This document shows, piece by piece, positions 48,919-59,270 of a DNA stretch of 64,000 bases. The DNA is from Pseudomonadota bacterium (lineage in GTDB: Bacteria > Desulfobacterota > Desulfobacteria > Desulfobacterales > RPRI01): contig JBDRRF010000083.1 in the NCBI GenBank assembly GCA_043825875.1, forward strand, positions 64,001 to 128,000, given 5' to 3'. A model generated the notes under the pieces. The model was not told the DNA's origin and did not search any database. It saw only the letters and a program-made list of their open reading frames with translations. The position numbers and the translations under genes are program-made. Each line of letters starts with the position of its first letter. Position 1 is the first letter of the stretch.

Positions 48919-50139
48919 ATGACAAAGACAGAGCTGTTGGAGCTTATAAAAAATCTAGAGAACTCAGGTGTTGAGTTCAAGCGGGATACAGAAAAAACAG
49001 AAAAATTAGCTAAAGAACTGGTCGCATTTGCAAATCTACAGGGTGGACGGGTGCTCCTGGGTATCGATGATGATGGCAGCGTGGTTGGGATAACCAGGGA
49101 TCGCCTGGAGGAGTGGGTAATGACCACTTGCAGGGATAAGATACGCCCTGAGCTTATCCCATACTATGAAGTCATCCGGGATGTGGAACCAGGCAAAGAT
49201 GTGGCAGCTGTTCAGGTTGACCGCGGATGGGCGGTCCATCATGTCTGGCATAACAACCATAGAACTTACTATATTCGTGTGGGCACTCAGAGCCGTGAAG
49301 CCAGTGCCGAAGAGTTGGAGCGGTTGTTCCAGCAGCGTGGTGCATTTCGTTTGGAAGTGCGCGGCGTGTCCGGCTCATCCATGAAAGATTTCGACTATCG
49401 ACGCCTGGACGATTACTTTCAACGCATCCATTCCCCTTATCAAAAAACACCCGGCATGGATGATGCTGAGGCTTGGCAAACGCTTCTCCTAAACACGGAA
49501 TTCCTGATTGAAGAGAAAGATAAAAAATCAGCCACTGTTGCAGGCTTATTACTGTTCAGCCCGAATCCGAATCGTTTTTTGCCTCAAGCTGGAATCGATG
49601 CGGTCGCCTATCCCGGCAAGGAAAAAGATTATGCCGCAAAAGAACGTCTTTCTATTCGCGGCCCTATGACGGCACTGTTTGGGGGTGAAGGCATTATTGA
49701 AAATGGTCTTGTTGAACAGGCATTTGAATTCGTAAAGAGAAATACCGGGGTTGCCGCCACGCTTGCTGAAGGCGCGAGACGTGAACAGAAATGGACATAT
49801 CCGGAAGAAGCTGTCAGGGAGGCCATCGTCAATGCGCTGGTGCACCGGGATTACCTGTTGTCCGGTACTACGGTGGAATTGTCTATCTATGAGGATCGCC
49901 TGGAGGTGATCTCCCCAGGACGTCTTCCCAATGGTATTACACCACAGCGGATGATAACAGGTTGCCGTGCAGCCCGTAACCAATTGCTTAAAGATGTTAT
50001 GAGGGACTATGGTTACCTTGAACATACGGGTATGGGAGTGCCCAGGAAAATCGTTAAAGAGATGCAGAAACATAATGGAACATTACCGGATTTAATCGAA
50101 GATGAAGAACTTTTCACGGTAAGGCTCTGGAATAATTGA
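48919..50139 (+). CDS. Schlafen/AlbA_2 domain + RecG-C (HATPase_c_4) protein
   Basis: VEFK, KELVAFANLQGGRVLLGIDDDG, REAIVNALVHRDY, SPGRLP. Confidence 0.88.
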   Translation: MTKTELLELIKNLENSGVEFKRDTEKTEKLAKELVAFANLQGGRVLLGIDDDGSVVGITRDRLEEWVMTTCRDKIRPELIPYYEVIRDVEPGKDVAAVQVDRGWAVHHVWHNNHRTYYIRVGTQSREASAEELERLFQQRGAFRLEVRGVSGSSMKDFDYRRLDDYFQRIHSPYQKTPGMDDAEAWQTLLLNTEFLIEEKDKKSATVAGLLLFSPNPNRFLPQAGIDAVAYPGKEKDYAAKERLSIRGPMTALFGGEGIIENGLVEQAFEFVKRNTGVAATLAEGARREQKWTYPEEAVREAIVNALVHRDYLLSGTTVELSIYEDRLEVISPGRLPNGITPQRMITGCRAARNQLLKDVMRDYGYLEHTGMGVPRKIVKEMQKHNGTLPDLIEDEELFTVRLWNN

Positions 50140-50199
50140 TTAATATTAACATATTGGCATTTTTTGCATTTTTTGCAATAATTGGCCTACCATGGAACC

Positions 50200-51351
50200 A
50201 TGAGTGAATATCAATACTACGAATTTTTAGCAATAGACCGACCGTTGACATCGGAAGAAATATCAGAGCTGCGCGCGCTTTCTACCCGTGCCCATATCAC
50301 ACCTGTCAGTTTTACTAACGAATATAATTGGGGTAGTTTCAGTGGTGATCCTGATAAATTGATGCAACTGTATTTTGATGCCCATGTCTATGTTGCCAAC
50401 TGGATGAGTGCGATTTTCAAAGTGCGTGTACCTATCGAGGCATTATCGGAAACTACAATAAAAGCAATGTCGGATTTTTATATCCCGGATTTTACGGCTA
50501 CCAAAAACCATTGGATCATTACATGGGGTCTGGAGGAATCTGAAAACTACGAACGTTTTGGGATGGATGACGGCAGGGAGTGGATGGTGCGCCTTGCTCC
50601 GATACGCGATGAGCTTCTGCGCGGAGATATTCGCAGTCTTTATATCGGCTGGCTGTCAGCCGTAACGGAAGAAATGGCAGAAGATGATGATTTAGAGCCC
50701 ATGTCCATAAAAGGTCTGGGGGAATTGACCACAGCTCAAAAAGCGCTTGCTGAGTTCCTGGAAGTAGATAAGGATCTTTTGGCTGGTGCGGGCATCGGCA
50801 GCCCGGCAATTCAGTCCGGAGAGACTTCGCAAAATGATATTGATGAATGGATTAGCAGGTTACCGCAGGATGAAGTTACGGATATCCTGAGACAGCTTAT
50901 GGCCGGCAAAGGACAGCAGGCTGAAAGAACGTTAAGGAACCGGTTTACTGCATGGCAGTGTCGCTTAAAAAATGGCGAACCGGAAACACCAAGGCGTACG
51001 ATAGAAGAACTCTGGGAAAATGCCGAATCAGCGAAAAAGCTACGCCTCGAACAGGATGAACTCGAACAGAAACAGCGTGAGATGAAGCGCCGCAAAGAAA
51101 GAGAAGCGCATCTAAAAATCCTGTCCGGAAATTTCCCCAAAGCATGGAAAACTGTCCGGCAAAATATTGAGAGGGGATCGGGCTTGGCCTATGACGATGC
51201 ATGCCGCGCTCTTGTTGACCTTTCTGAGGCTTATTCTCTTTATTCAAGCAGAAAGCTTTTCCAACAAGAGTTAGAACAATTTATGACTGAATATATGCGG
51301 CGTAAGGCACTCATTCAACGCATGGTTAAAGCCGGGATCTGGGGTAAGTAA
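50200..51351 (+). CDS. Conserved hypothetical protein (MSEYQYYEF family)
   Basis: MSEYQYYEFLAIDRPL...LRALSTRA.IT...YFDAHVYVANW; helical C-terminus. Confidence 0.75.
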   Translation: MSEYQYYEFLAIDRPLTSEEISELRALSTRAHITPVSFTNEYNWGSFSGDPDKLMQLYFDAHVYVANWMSAIFKVRVPIEALSETTIKAMSDFYIPDFTATKNHWIITWGLEESENYERFGMDDGREWMVRLAPIRDELLRGDIRSLYIGWLSAVTEEMAEDDDLEPMSIKGLGELTTAQKALAEFLEVDKDLLAGAGIGSPAIQSGETSQNDIDEWISRLPQDEVTDILRQLMAGKGQQAERTLRNRFTAWQCRLKNGEPETPRRTIEELWENAESAKKLRLEQDELEQKQREMKRRKEREAHLKILSGNFPKAWKTVRQNIERGSGLAYDDACRALVDLSEAYSLYSSRKLFQQELEQFMTEYMRRKALIQRMVKAGIWGK

Positions 51352-51355
51352 GCTG

Positions 51356-51622
51356 GTGATGAAAAAGCACTACAATATTAAAAACCTGAGATTCGAAGAT
51401 AAGAAGCTCCTCCTAACGATTAATGGAGAAGAAAAAAACTTTCCTTTACATGAAATTTCATCCTTACTTGAGAAAGCCTCTGATGAAGAGAGAAATACAT
51501 TTGAAATATCACCCTCCGGATATGGAATACACTGGCCATTGCTGGATGAAGATATTTCTGTTGATGGATTGCTGGGAATAACTCATTCTCCCTCTCGAAA
51601 AAGACGGGTCGCAGCTAGTTGA
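51356..51622 (+). CDS. DUF2442-family protein
   Basis: LEKASDEERNTFEISPSGYGIHWPLLDEDISVDGLL. Confidence 0.85.
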   Translation: MMKKHYNIKNLRFEDKKLLLTINGEEKNFPLHEISSLLEKASDEERNTFEISPSGYGIHWPLLDEDISVDGLLGITHSPSRKRRVAAS

Positions 51623-51698
51623 TCTGAGCAAAGCAAGCCCTTCCTTGATTACCCCACTATTTACTTACCTTGATTTACCAGCTCTAAACAATTTGATA

Positions 51699-51749
51699 TT
51701 GACATATAGTCGTATTTTCGTTAACCTCCACATCAATAACAGTTAACGA
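51699..51749 (+). promoter_or_regulatory. birA/bio promoter with BirA operator
   Basis: TTGACA-N17-TAACCT overlapped by inverted repeat TCGTTAAC-N16-GTTAACGA (51718-51749). Confidence 0.75.
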
Positions 51750-51762
51750 CAAGCCATGAAAA

Positions 51763-52680
51763 ATGAAAAGTCAGATATTAAAAATTTTGCGATCGGACAA
51801 TAAAATCGTGTCCGGTGAAGAATTGAGTGCAGATCTTGGGATATCAAGGGTTTCTGTATGGAAACATATTCGCTCTCTTCAGGAATCAGGCTATAACATT
51901 GTTGCAGGCCCAAAAGGTTACAGGATTGAAAATTCGCCCGACGCTCTTTTCCCCTGGGAGTTTCCGGAAAGAGAATCAAGCATCCACTATTTTTCCGAAG
52001 TATCTTCAACAATGGATATAGCAAGAAATATGGCTCGTAAAGGTTGTCCGCACTTTACGGTAGTAATTGCTGGAAGACAAAATAAAGGACGGGGACGCTT
52101 AAACCGCATATGGATATCTTCAGAAGGCGGTCTGTATTTCACATTAGTTCTCAGACCCGAAATACCCGCAGTACTTGCTTCACGCATAACCTTTCTTGCA
52201 TCTGTGGTGCTGGTTCAGATATTACGCAAATTATATGACATAGACGCCAAAGTCAAATGGCCAAATGACATTCTTGTTGGAGGCAAAAAGCTTTGCGGGA
52301 TGCTTTCAGAAATGGAAGCAGAAGCCGACATGGTTTCTTTTATCAACATTGGTATTGGTGTTAATGTAAACAATGATCCTTCACTTGAAGAATCGGGGGC
52401 CACTTCACTAAAAATTTTAAAAGGAAAAGAATTTTTACGAAAAGAACTTCTTTCTGTTTTTCTTGATAAACTTGAAATGCAACTCAATACAGAATCTCTT
52501 GATAATATTATCCCTCAATGGAAACTTTATACCATGACTTTAAACCAGCCGGTTAAAATTGTAACAACCAGTGATACCCACGAAGGCATTGCTGTAGATA
52601 TTGACGAAAACGGATCTTTAATTTTAAAACTTAAAGACGGCACTTTGCAAAAGATACTATGTGGTGACTGCTTTCAATAA
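51763..52680 (+). CDS. birA: Bifunctional biotin ligase / repressor
   Basis: N-terminal HTH (SGEELS..LGISRVSVWKHI), GRGR, KWPND, KLCG. Confidence 0.96.
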   Translation: MKSQILKILRSDNKIVSGEELSADLGISRVSVWKHIRSLQESGYNIVAGPKGYRIENSPDALFPWEFPERESSIHYFSEVSSTMDIARNMARKGCPHFTVVIAGRQNKGRGRLNRIWISSEGGLYFTLVLRPEIPAVLASRITFLASVVLVQILRKLYDIDAKVKWPNDILVGGKKLCGMLSEMEAEADMVSFINIGIGVNVNNDPSLEESGATSLKILKGKEFLRKELLSVFLDKLEMQLNTESLDNIIPQWKLYTMTLNQPVKIVTTSDTHEGIAVDIDENGSLILKLKDGTLQKILCGDCFQ

Positions 52681-52805
52681 TTTAGGCTTTCAGATAAAAT
52701 TTTTGGACTGCGTTATCAGTCGCCCCCCTTCGACAGCGTACAATGTACGCCTTACTCAGGGCGACTCCTTCTGGCCTTGCCAAAAACATTATCTGAAAGC
52801 CTAAA
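52681..52805. repeat. Palindromic MITE/REP element
   Basis: Perfect 17-bp terminal IR TTTAGGCTTTCAGATAA / TTATCTGAAAGCCTAAA. Confidence 0.8.
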
Positions 52806-52847
52806 GAAATTAGGTAAAATAATTGGTTTTGCAAAAAATCCAGAAAT

Positions 52848-53008
52848 CGTCATACCGGCGAACAGACTGTGTCGTAATTCATTTTTTTGTCATTTCGAAA
52901 CGAAGCGAGAAATCTTGGTTTAAATAAATTCAGTACGTTAAGATTCCTCACATACGTTCGGAATGACATTTTTTCTAATTGTGACACAGTCTCGAAAGCC
53001 GGTATCCA
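52848..53008. mobile_element. REP hairpin interrupted by an IS-ended MITE carrying an inner REP-like pair
   Basis: CGTCATACCGGC-GAA-[CAGACTGTGTC...GACACAGTCTC]-GAA-AGCCGGTATCCA; inner GTCATTTCGAA...TTCGGAATGAC. Confidence 0.75.
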
Positions 53009-53043
53009 TATAAAATATAAATACTTGTTTAAGGTAATTTAAA

Positions 53044-54405
53044 ATGAATAATATGGTGTTGGACAAAAAAGAACTACTCGATAATGATAAAAACCACCTT
53101 TGGCATCCTTTCACCCAGATGAAGGAATGGGATCAAAGCGAACCTCTTGTAATAGACAAAGGTCAGGGAAATTATTTAATAGATATTGATGGAAATCGTT
53201 ATTTAGACGGTGTATCTTCCCTTTGGGCAAATATTCACGGGCATGGGCGAGAAGAAATCAATCAGGCCATAACTGATCAGCTTAAAAAGATATCTCACTC
53301 AACGCTTCTTGGCCTTACGCATCCCAATGCAGTTATTCTGGCAAAACAGCTTTCAGAGATAGCGCCCAAAAATCTTAATTGGGTATTTTATTCGGAAAGC
53401 GGCTCAACCGCTGTAGAAATTGCTATAAAAATGGCTTTTCAATACTGGCAAAATTCCGGAAAGAAAGAGAAAACCGGATTTATATGCCTTGAAGAAGGAT
53501 ATCATGGCGATACGATAGGTGCCGTCAGTGTTGGAGGAATCGAACTTTTTCATGAAATTTACTCCCCGCTTCTTTTTAAATCCCATAAAGCGCCATCGCC
53601 TTATCTATACTGTAAGAGAAATAAAATCCCGCTTGATGAGGGTGCCGGGTTGTGTGCGGATGAAGTAAAAAAACTGCTTGAAAAACATCATAATGAAATT
53701 GCAGCAGTTATACTGGAGCCGCTTATGCAGGGCGCAGGCGGCATGCTGCCTTTTCCAGCCGGATATCTTAAGAAGGTATGGGAATACTGCCGTCAGTACG
53801 ATGTACTTCTGATTGCAGATGAGGTTGCTGTCGGTTTTGGACATACAGGCACAATGTTTGCCTGTGAAAAGGAAAATGTTGAACCTGATATTCTTTGTCT
53901 TGGAAAAGGACTGACCGGAGGATATCTTCCTCTGGCGGCAACATTAGCCAATGATAAAGTATTTAATGCTTTTTGGAGTGATTATGCCGAGTTGAAAAAC
54001 TTTTTCCACGGGCATACTTTTACCGGCAATCCTCTGGCCTGTGCCGCTGCCATAGCAAGTCTTGAAATCTTTAAAAAGGACCAAACACTTGAAAAACTGC
54101 CTGCTAAAATAAAAACATTAAAAGACGGATTGGAATCGCTTTTAAAACTTGATTTTGTTGGAGATGTCAGACAGTGCGGTCTTATGGCGGGAGTTGAGAT
54201 TTTTAAAGATAAAAGCAAACAAACCCCTTTCCCCTTAGACAGAAGAATCGGACATAATATATGTTTAGATATCAGAAACCATGGAGTTATCTTAAGAAAT
54301 CTTGGCGATGTAATCGTTTTTATGCCTCCATTGTCTATAACTTTCGATGAGATTATGCATATGATCGAATCGGTTAAAAAATCCATTCTCAAAATCTGCA
54401 AATGA
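53044..54405 (+). CDS. bioA: Adenosylmethionine-8-amino-7-oxononanoate aminotransferase
   Basis: WHPFTQM, DGVSSLW, YHGDT, IADEV, LGKGLTGG. Confidence 0.96.
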   Translation: MNNMVLDKKELLDNDKNHLWHPFTQMKEWDQSEPLVIDKGQGNYLIDIDGNRYLDGVSSLWANIHGHGREEINQAITDQLKKISHSTLLGLTHPNAVILAKQLSEIAPKNLNWVFYSESGSTAVEIAIKMAFQYWQNSGKKEKTGFICLEEGYHGDTIGAVSVGGIELFHEIYSPLLFKSHKAPSPYLYCKRNKIPLDEGAGLCADEVKKLLEKHHNEIAAVILEPLMQGAGGMLPFPAGYLKKVWEYCRQYDVLLIADEVAVGFGHTGTMFACEKENVEPDILCLGKGLTGGYLPLAATLANDKVFNAFWSDYAELKNFFHGHTFTGNPLACAAAIASLEIFKKDQTLEKLPAKIKTLKDGLESLLKLDFVGDVRQCGLMAGVEIFKDKSKQTPFPLDRRIGHNICLDIRNHGVILRNLGDVIVFMPPLSITFDEIMHMIESVKKSILKICK

Positions 54406-55601
54406 ATTCTTTGAATAAAAATATTTATCCCGATTTATGGTCAGGTTTTATGTCGGAATCATTAGATGATCTTAAAGCAAAAGGCCTTTACAGAAAACTT
54501 CGTTTCATTGATTCCCCTGTTTCAACACAACTTACCATTAACAACAAAAGCATTATACTGTTTTCTTCAAATGACTACTTGGGGCTTGCAAATGATTTGC
54601 GCATGAAAGAAGCGGCAACCAGGGCTTTAATGGCCTGGGGTACCGGCTCCGGAGCATCGCGGCTTATTTCAGGAAACTCTTTACTATACAAAACCCTTGA
54701 AGAAGAAATTGCCGGCTTTAACAAAAGCGAATCAGCCCTTGTTTTTTCAAGCGGATACAGCACCAATGCAGGAGTGATTTCAAGTCTTGCACAAGAAGGC
54801 GATTTAATATTAAGCGATACATTGAACCATGCAAGTATTATCGATGCATGCAAACTTACAAAAGCCAAGATCGAAACATATCCTCACTGTGATTTTGAAT
54901 ATGTTAAACATTATCTGAATACTTCTGTTAAGGGTAAAAAAGCAATTGTTGTAACAGATGGCGTATTCAGCATGACGGGAGAACTTGCCCCGATCCCAAA
55001 GCTTTATGAAATATGCAAAGATTACGAAGCACTTCTTATAATAGATGATGCGCATGGAACAGGTGTAATGGGAACTCACGGCGGAGGAACTCTTGATTAT
55101 TATAATATGAATGAGCCGGAAATAATACAGATCGGCACTTTCAGCAAGGCTTTGGGAGGCCTTGGAGGTTTTGTGGCAGGCTCGGATTTGCTTGTAGATT
55201 TTATTACTAATCACGCACGATCAATTATTTATTCAACCGCCCTGCCCCCTTCGGTTCTTGCGTCAAATTGCGAAGCAATCAGAATCGTTCAAAAAGACTC
55301 ATCTTTAAGAATAAAACTTTTTGATCTTATAAATTATTTAAGAGATGGCCTTATGCGTCTGGGATTTCCGGTTTATTCAATCCCTACACCTATTTTACCA
55401 ATAGTAATCGGAGATGTTTCGAAAACACTTTTAATAGCACAATATCTCTGGGATAAAGGATTTTATGTTCCGCCTATAAGACCGCCCACAGTAATGCCGG
55501 GAGAAAGCTGTCTGAGAATAAGTCTTAGCGCTTTACATACAAAAGAAGATATTGAAGGTCTGTTATGGGCTATTGAGACATATTATAAAGCAGGAAGTTG
55601 A
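54402..55601 (+). CDS. bioF: 8-amino-7-oxononanoate synthase
   Basis: SNDYLGL, GSGASRL, NHAS, DDAHG, TFSKALG, IRPPTV. Confidence 0.96.
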   Translation: MNSLNKNIYPDLWSGFMSESLDDLKAKGLYRKLRFIDSPVSTQLTINNKSIILFSSNDYLGLANDLRMKEAATRALMAWGTGSGASRLISGNSLLYKTLEEEIAGFNKSESALVFSSGYSTNAGVISSLAQEGDLILSDTLNHASIIDACKLTKAKIETYPHCDFEYVKHYLNTSVKGKKAIVVTDGVFSMTGELAPIPKLYEICKDYEALLIIDDAHGTGVMGTHGGGTLDYYNMNEPEIIQIGTFSKALGGLGGFVAGSDLLVDFITNHARSIIYSTALPPSVLASNCEAIRIVQKDSSLRIKLFDLINYLRDGLMRLGFPVYSIPTPILPIVIGDVSKTLLIAQYLWDKGFYVPPIRPPTVMPGESCLRISLSALHTKEDIEGLLWAIETYYKAGS

Positions 55602-55605
55602 TCGT

Positions 55606-56328
55606 ATGAAACAACATATAAAAGGAATTTTTATAACAGCTACAGATACCGAAGTTGGAAAAACTTTTACTTCGGCTCTTTTGTTAAAAGCTTTGCTTAA
55701 ACAAAAAACTAATGCCTGTTATTTTAAGCCTGTTGCAAGCGGATGTGAAACTGAAAATGGCATTTTGGTTGCAGAAGATCTCTTGTTTATAGAAAAATTC
55801 ACCGGAGTTAAAATGGAGCAGGATCTTCATTGCCCGGTTCGCTATAAAAAACCTTTAGCACCTATGGCTGCCGCACAACTTGAGAAAAAACCTGTAAATC
55901 TTTCAAAAATCAAAAAAGCTTTTGCCCTTTTAGAAAAACAGCATTCCGCAATGGTAGTAGAAGGTATTGGCGGTGTGATGGTTCCTTTAAAAAATAATTA
56001 TCTGGTTCTGGACCTGATTGCAGAATTTAAGCTTTCTGCTATTATTGTAAGCAGGCCATCACTTGGAACCATCAATCATACATTGCTTACAATCAGTGCT
56101 TTGAAAAACAGAGGCATTCCTATAACAGGATTTCTGACTAACGGCCATAAAGAAGAAGATGATGAGGCAGCTGCCACCAGCCCCGAAATTATATCCGGAT
56201 TGGGCAAGGTAGATTATCTCGGGCATATTCCCATGTATGATTTTAATAAAGATACTCCGGATGCTTTTATAGAGAAAAAGGCCCGGTTTATAAAAAAGAT
56301 TGCAAATTTTTATGGAGATAAATTATGA
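55606..56328 (+). CDS. bioD: Dethiobiotin synthase
   Basis: TDTEVGKT, FKPVASG, VEGIGG, LGTINH. Confidence 0.96.
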   Translation: MKQHIKGIFITATDTEVGKTFTSALLLKALLKQKTNACYFKPVASGCETENGILVAEDLLFIEKFTGVKMEQDLHCPVRYKKPLAPMAAAQLEKKPVNLSKIKKAFALLEKQHSAMVVEGIGGVMVPLKNNYLVLDLIAEFKLSAIIVSRPSLGTINHTLLTISALKNRGIPITGFLTNGHKEEDDEAAATSPEIISGLGKVDYLGHIPMYDFNKDTPDAFIEKKARFIKKIANFYGDKL

Positions 56329-57320
56329 ATTCACTATACCCTGACTTTAATGAATTTTCCGAAATATCGCTTTCAGGCAAAATACTTAACCGCGAACAAT
56401 GCCACAAGGTATTAGCCTGCCCTGATATTAAAATGCTGGCTCTTCTTGATTCGGCTTATACAGTACGTTATCATTATTTTAAAAACATTGTCCACATTCA
56501 GTTGCTAACAAATGCAAAAAGCGGATTGTGCAAAGAAGATTGCCATTACTGCTCCCAATCAAAAATATCAGAAGCCGATATTAAAAAATATCCTTTGATG
56601 CCTAAAGACAAACTGGTTGGTGAAGCTTTAAAAGCAGCAAAATTAAATGCCAAACGTTACTGTATGGCACTTAGCGGAACAGGGCCATCCGATAATGAAA
56701 TTGATGCTCTTTGCGATATTATTCGTACCATAAAAACCAATTCGAATATCTCCCTTTGCTGCTCTACTGGTTTTTTAAGTATGGAAAAAGCTAAAAAGTT
56801 AAAAGATGCCGGGCTTGACCGTGTTAATCATAATCTTAACACAAGTAAACGCTTCCACCCAATGATGTGTACAACTCATTCATACGAGGATAGACTTAAT
56901 ACAATATACACATGCCGCAAAGCCGGACTGGAAGTGTGTTCCGGCGGTATTGTCGGACAGGGAGAAACAGATGAAGATATCATTGATCTGCTTTTAACTT
57001 TACGCGAAATAAACGCCGAATCCATTCCCATTAATTTCCTTGTTCCCATAAAAGGAACTCCTTTTGAAGACAAAACACAAAACCTTACACCGCAACGCTG
57101 CCTTAAAATATTATGTCTTGCCAGATTACTTAATCCTGATAAAGAAATACGTGCTGCAGGCGGACGTGAATATCATCTTCGCAGTTTACTGCCACTTGCT
57201 TTATATGCAGCTAATTCAATTTTTGTTGCAGGATATCTTACAACCTCTGGGCAAACTGCAGAAGAAGCAAAAGATATGATAGACGATTTGGGTTTTGACA
57301 GTGAAATAGAAGAAGGGTAA
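56325..57320 (+). CDS. bioB: Biotin synthase (radical SAM)
   Basis: CKEDCHYCSQS, NHNL, SIPIN, AGGRE, YLTT. Confidence 0.96.
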   Translation: MNSLYPDFNEFSEISLSGKILNREQCHKVLACPDIKMLALLDSAYTVRYHYFKNIVHIQLLTNAKSGLCKEDCHYCSQSKISEADIKKYPLMPKDKLVGEALKAAKLNAKRYCMALSGTGPSDNEIDALCDIIRTIKTNSNISLCCSTGFLSMEKAKKLKDAGLDRVNHNLNTSKRFHPMMCTTHSYEDRLNTIYTCRKAGLEVCSGGIVGQGETDEDIIDLLLTLREINAESIPINFLVPIKGTPFEDKTQNLTPQRCLKILCLARLLNPDKEIRAAGGREYHLRSLLPLALYAANSIFVAGYLTTSGQTAEEAKDMIDDLGFDSEIEEG

Positions 57321-57327
57321 AATAAAA

Positions 57328-59265
57328 TTGACAACTTCTAATGAAAGTACCGATAAAACACCCCTGATTAAACAAAAAAACAACTGCACCAAAACTGATA
57401 ATAAAACTCGCTTGCTGAGGTTGTCACTTGCTGCATTGGGAGTGGTTTTTGGTGATATTGCAACAAGTCCTATATATGCTCTTCGGGAGTGTTTTCATGG
57501 CGAATATGGAATTGGCGTCAATCAAACCAATGTGATGGGAATACTATCTTTAATGTTTTGGGCTCTTGTATTGATTGTCGGTTTGAAATATTTGCTATTC
57601 GTTTTTCGTGCTGACAACCGTGGGGAAGGCGGTGTTATTGCTTTAACCGCACTGATTCGCGGAAAAAATCCTCGTTCTGAAAGCAGGAGAAGACTTGGAA
57701 TTGTTACTCTGGGTTTATTTGCTGCTTGTCTTTTATACGGTGATGGTATGATTACACCTGCTATTTCCGTTTTAAGCGCTGTGGAAGGAATAAAAATAAT
57801 TACCCCGGTATTTGATTCTTATGTAATTCCTATTACTATTATAATTCTTTCGGCTCTTTTTTTGATCCAGCGCCGCGGCACGGCACGGGTAGGCGGACTT
57901 TTCGGGCCTGTAATACTGATCTGGTTATGCTTTCTGGCCATTACAGGTGTGCTGCAAATTATACACAATCCGCAGATTTTATCGGCAATTTTTCCTTGGT
58001 ATGCCTTCCGGTTTTTCATTATAAACAAGATGCATGGATTTGTGGTTTTGGGAGCGGTTTTTTTGGTGGTAACAGGAACCGAAGCCTTGTATGCAGATAT
58101 GGGACATTTTGGCACCAAACCCATACGACTGACCTGGTTTAGCCTGGTTTTTCCTGCTCTGGTATTGAATTATTTCGGACAAGGTGCTCTGCTTATTGCT
58201 AACCCTGAAGTTGCAAATCACCCGTTTTATGCCATGGTTCCATCATGGGCTATGATTCCTACGGTTTTGCTGTCAACCCTTGCCACAATAATTGCTTCCC
58301 AGGCTGTTATCAGCGGTGCCTTTTCTCTCACCCGTCAGGCAATTCAGCTAGGATACCTGCCGCGTTTAAATATTCAGCATACCTCCCCTACTCAAATCGG
58401 CCAAATATATGTTGCTTCGGTCAATTGGATGCTTATGGTATGTACAATAGCTCTGGTTATCGGGTTTCAATCCTCCAGCAAACTTGCAGCCGCATATGGG
58501 GTGGCGGTTACATCCACTATGCTGATCACAACAATACTGTTTTTTATTGTAACCATCAAACAATGGAATTGGCCTGTTTGGTCGTCTGCATTACTGGCCG
58601 GTCTATTTTTTATGGTGGATATACCGTTTTTTGCCGCAAACATAAGTAAAATACTTCATGGCGCATGGTTTCCACTTGTAATTGGTTTATTATTTTTTAC
58701 CATGATGCTCACATGGGCAAAAGGACGAAAGCTCCTTGCAGAACAATTGCGTAAAATCATGCCGCCGGTTCATCAATACATTGTAGATCTATCAAGCCAC
58801 CCACCAAAGAAAATAGAAGGAGACGCGGTCTTTTTAACCGGAAGCCGGCATATCGTACCCTTGGCTTTGATAAAAAACGTAAAGCACAATAAGATTGTGC
58901 ACAGCAGGACAGTTTTGCTGCATTTTCGGGCGGAAGATATTCCTAAAGTCCCTAATCTTGAAAAGGTCAAGACCGAAAAACTGGGAGGAGGATTTTATCG
59001 CATCGAAGCCAGATACGGATTCATGGAAGATCCTCAGTTAAATACGGTACTGTCATTGGCATGTGGACAGGGGCTGGATCTTACTCCTGAAAAAACAAGT
59101 TTTTATATCGGTCGTGAAAATCTGATCATCAGTGAAAAACCAGGTATGGCAAAATGGCGGGCAGGTTTGTTTGTTTTTATGTCGCGCAATGCTGCCAATG
59201 TCAGCACTTTTTTCAGTCTTCCTGTTGATCAGGTAATTGAAATTGGTATACGTCTGGAAATCTGA
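57328..59265 (+). CDS. kup: KUP/HAK/KT potassium transporter
   Basis: GVVFGDIATSPIY, DNRGEGG, EALYADMGHF, GQIY, YGFME. Confidence 0.96.
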   Translation: MTTSNESTDKTPLIKQKNNCTKTDNKTRLLRLSLAALGVVFGDIATSPIYALRECFHGEYGIGVNQTNVMGILSLMFWALVLIVGLKYLLFVFRADNRGEGGVIALTALIRGKNPRSESRRRLGIVTLGLFAACLLYGDGMITPAISVLSAVEGIKIITPVFDSYVIPITIIILSALFLIQRRGTARVGGLFGPVILIWLCFLAITGVLQIIHNPQILSAIFPWYAFRFFIINKMHGFVVLGAVFLVVTGTEALYADMGHFGTKPIRLTWFSLVFPALVLNYFGQGALLIANPEVANHPFYAMVPSWAMIPTVLLSTLATIIASQAVISGAFSLTRQAIQLGYLPRLNIQHTSPTQIGQIYVASVNWMLMVCTIALVIGFQSSSKLAAAYGVAVTSTMLITTILFFIVTIKQWNWPVWSSALLAGLFFMVDIPFFAANISKILHGAWFPLVIGLLFFTMMLTWAKGRKLLAEQLRKIMPPVHQYIVDLSSHPPKKIEGDAVFLTGSRHIVPLALIKNVKHNKIVHSRTVLLHFRAEDIPKVPNLEKVKTEKLGGGFYRIEARYGFMEDPQLNTVLSLACGQGLDLTPEKTSFYIGRENLIISEKPGMAKWRAGLFVFMSRNAANVSTFFSLPVDQVIEIGIRLEI

Positions 59266-59270
59266 AATAT

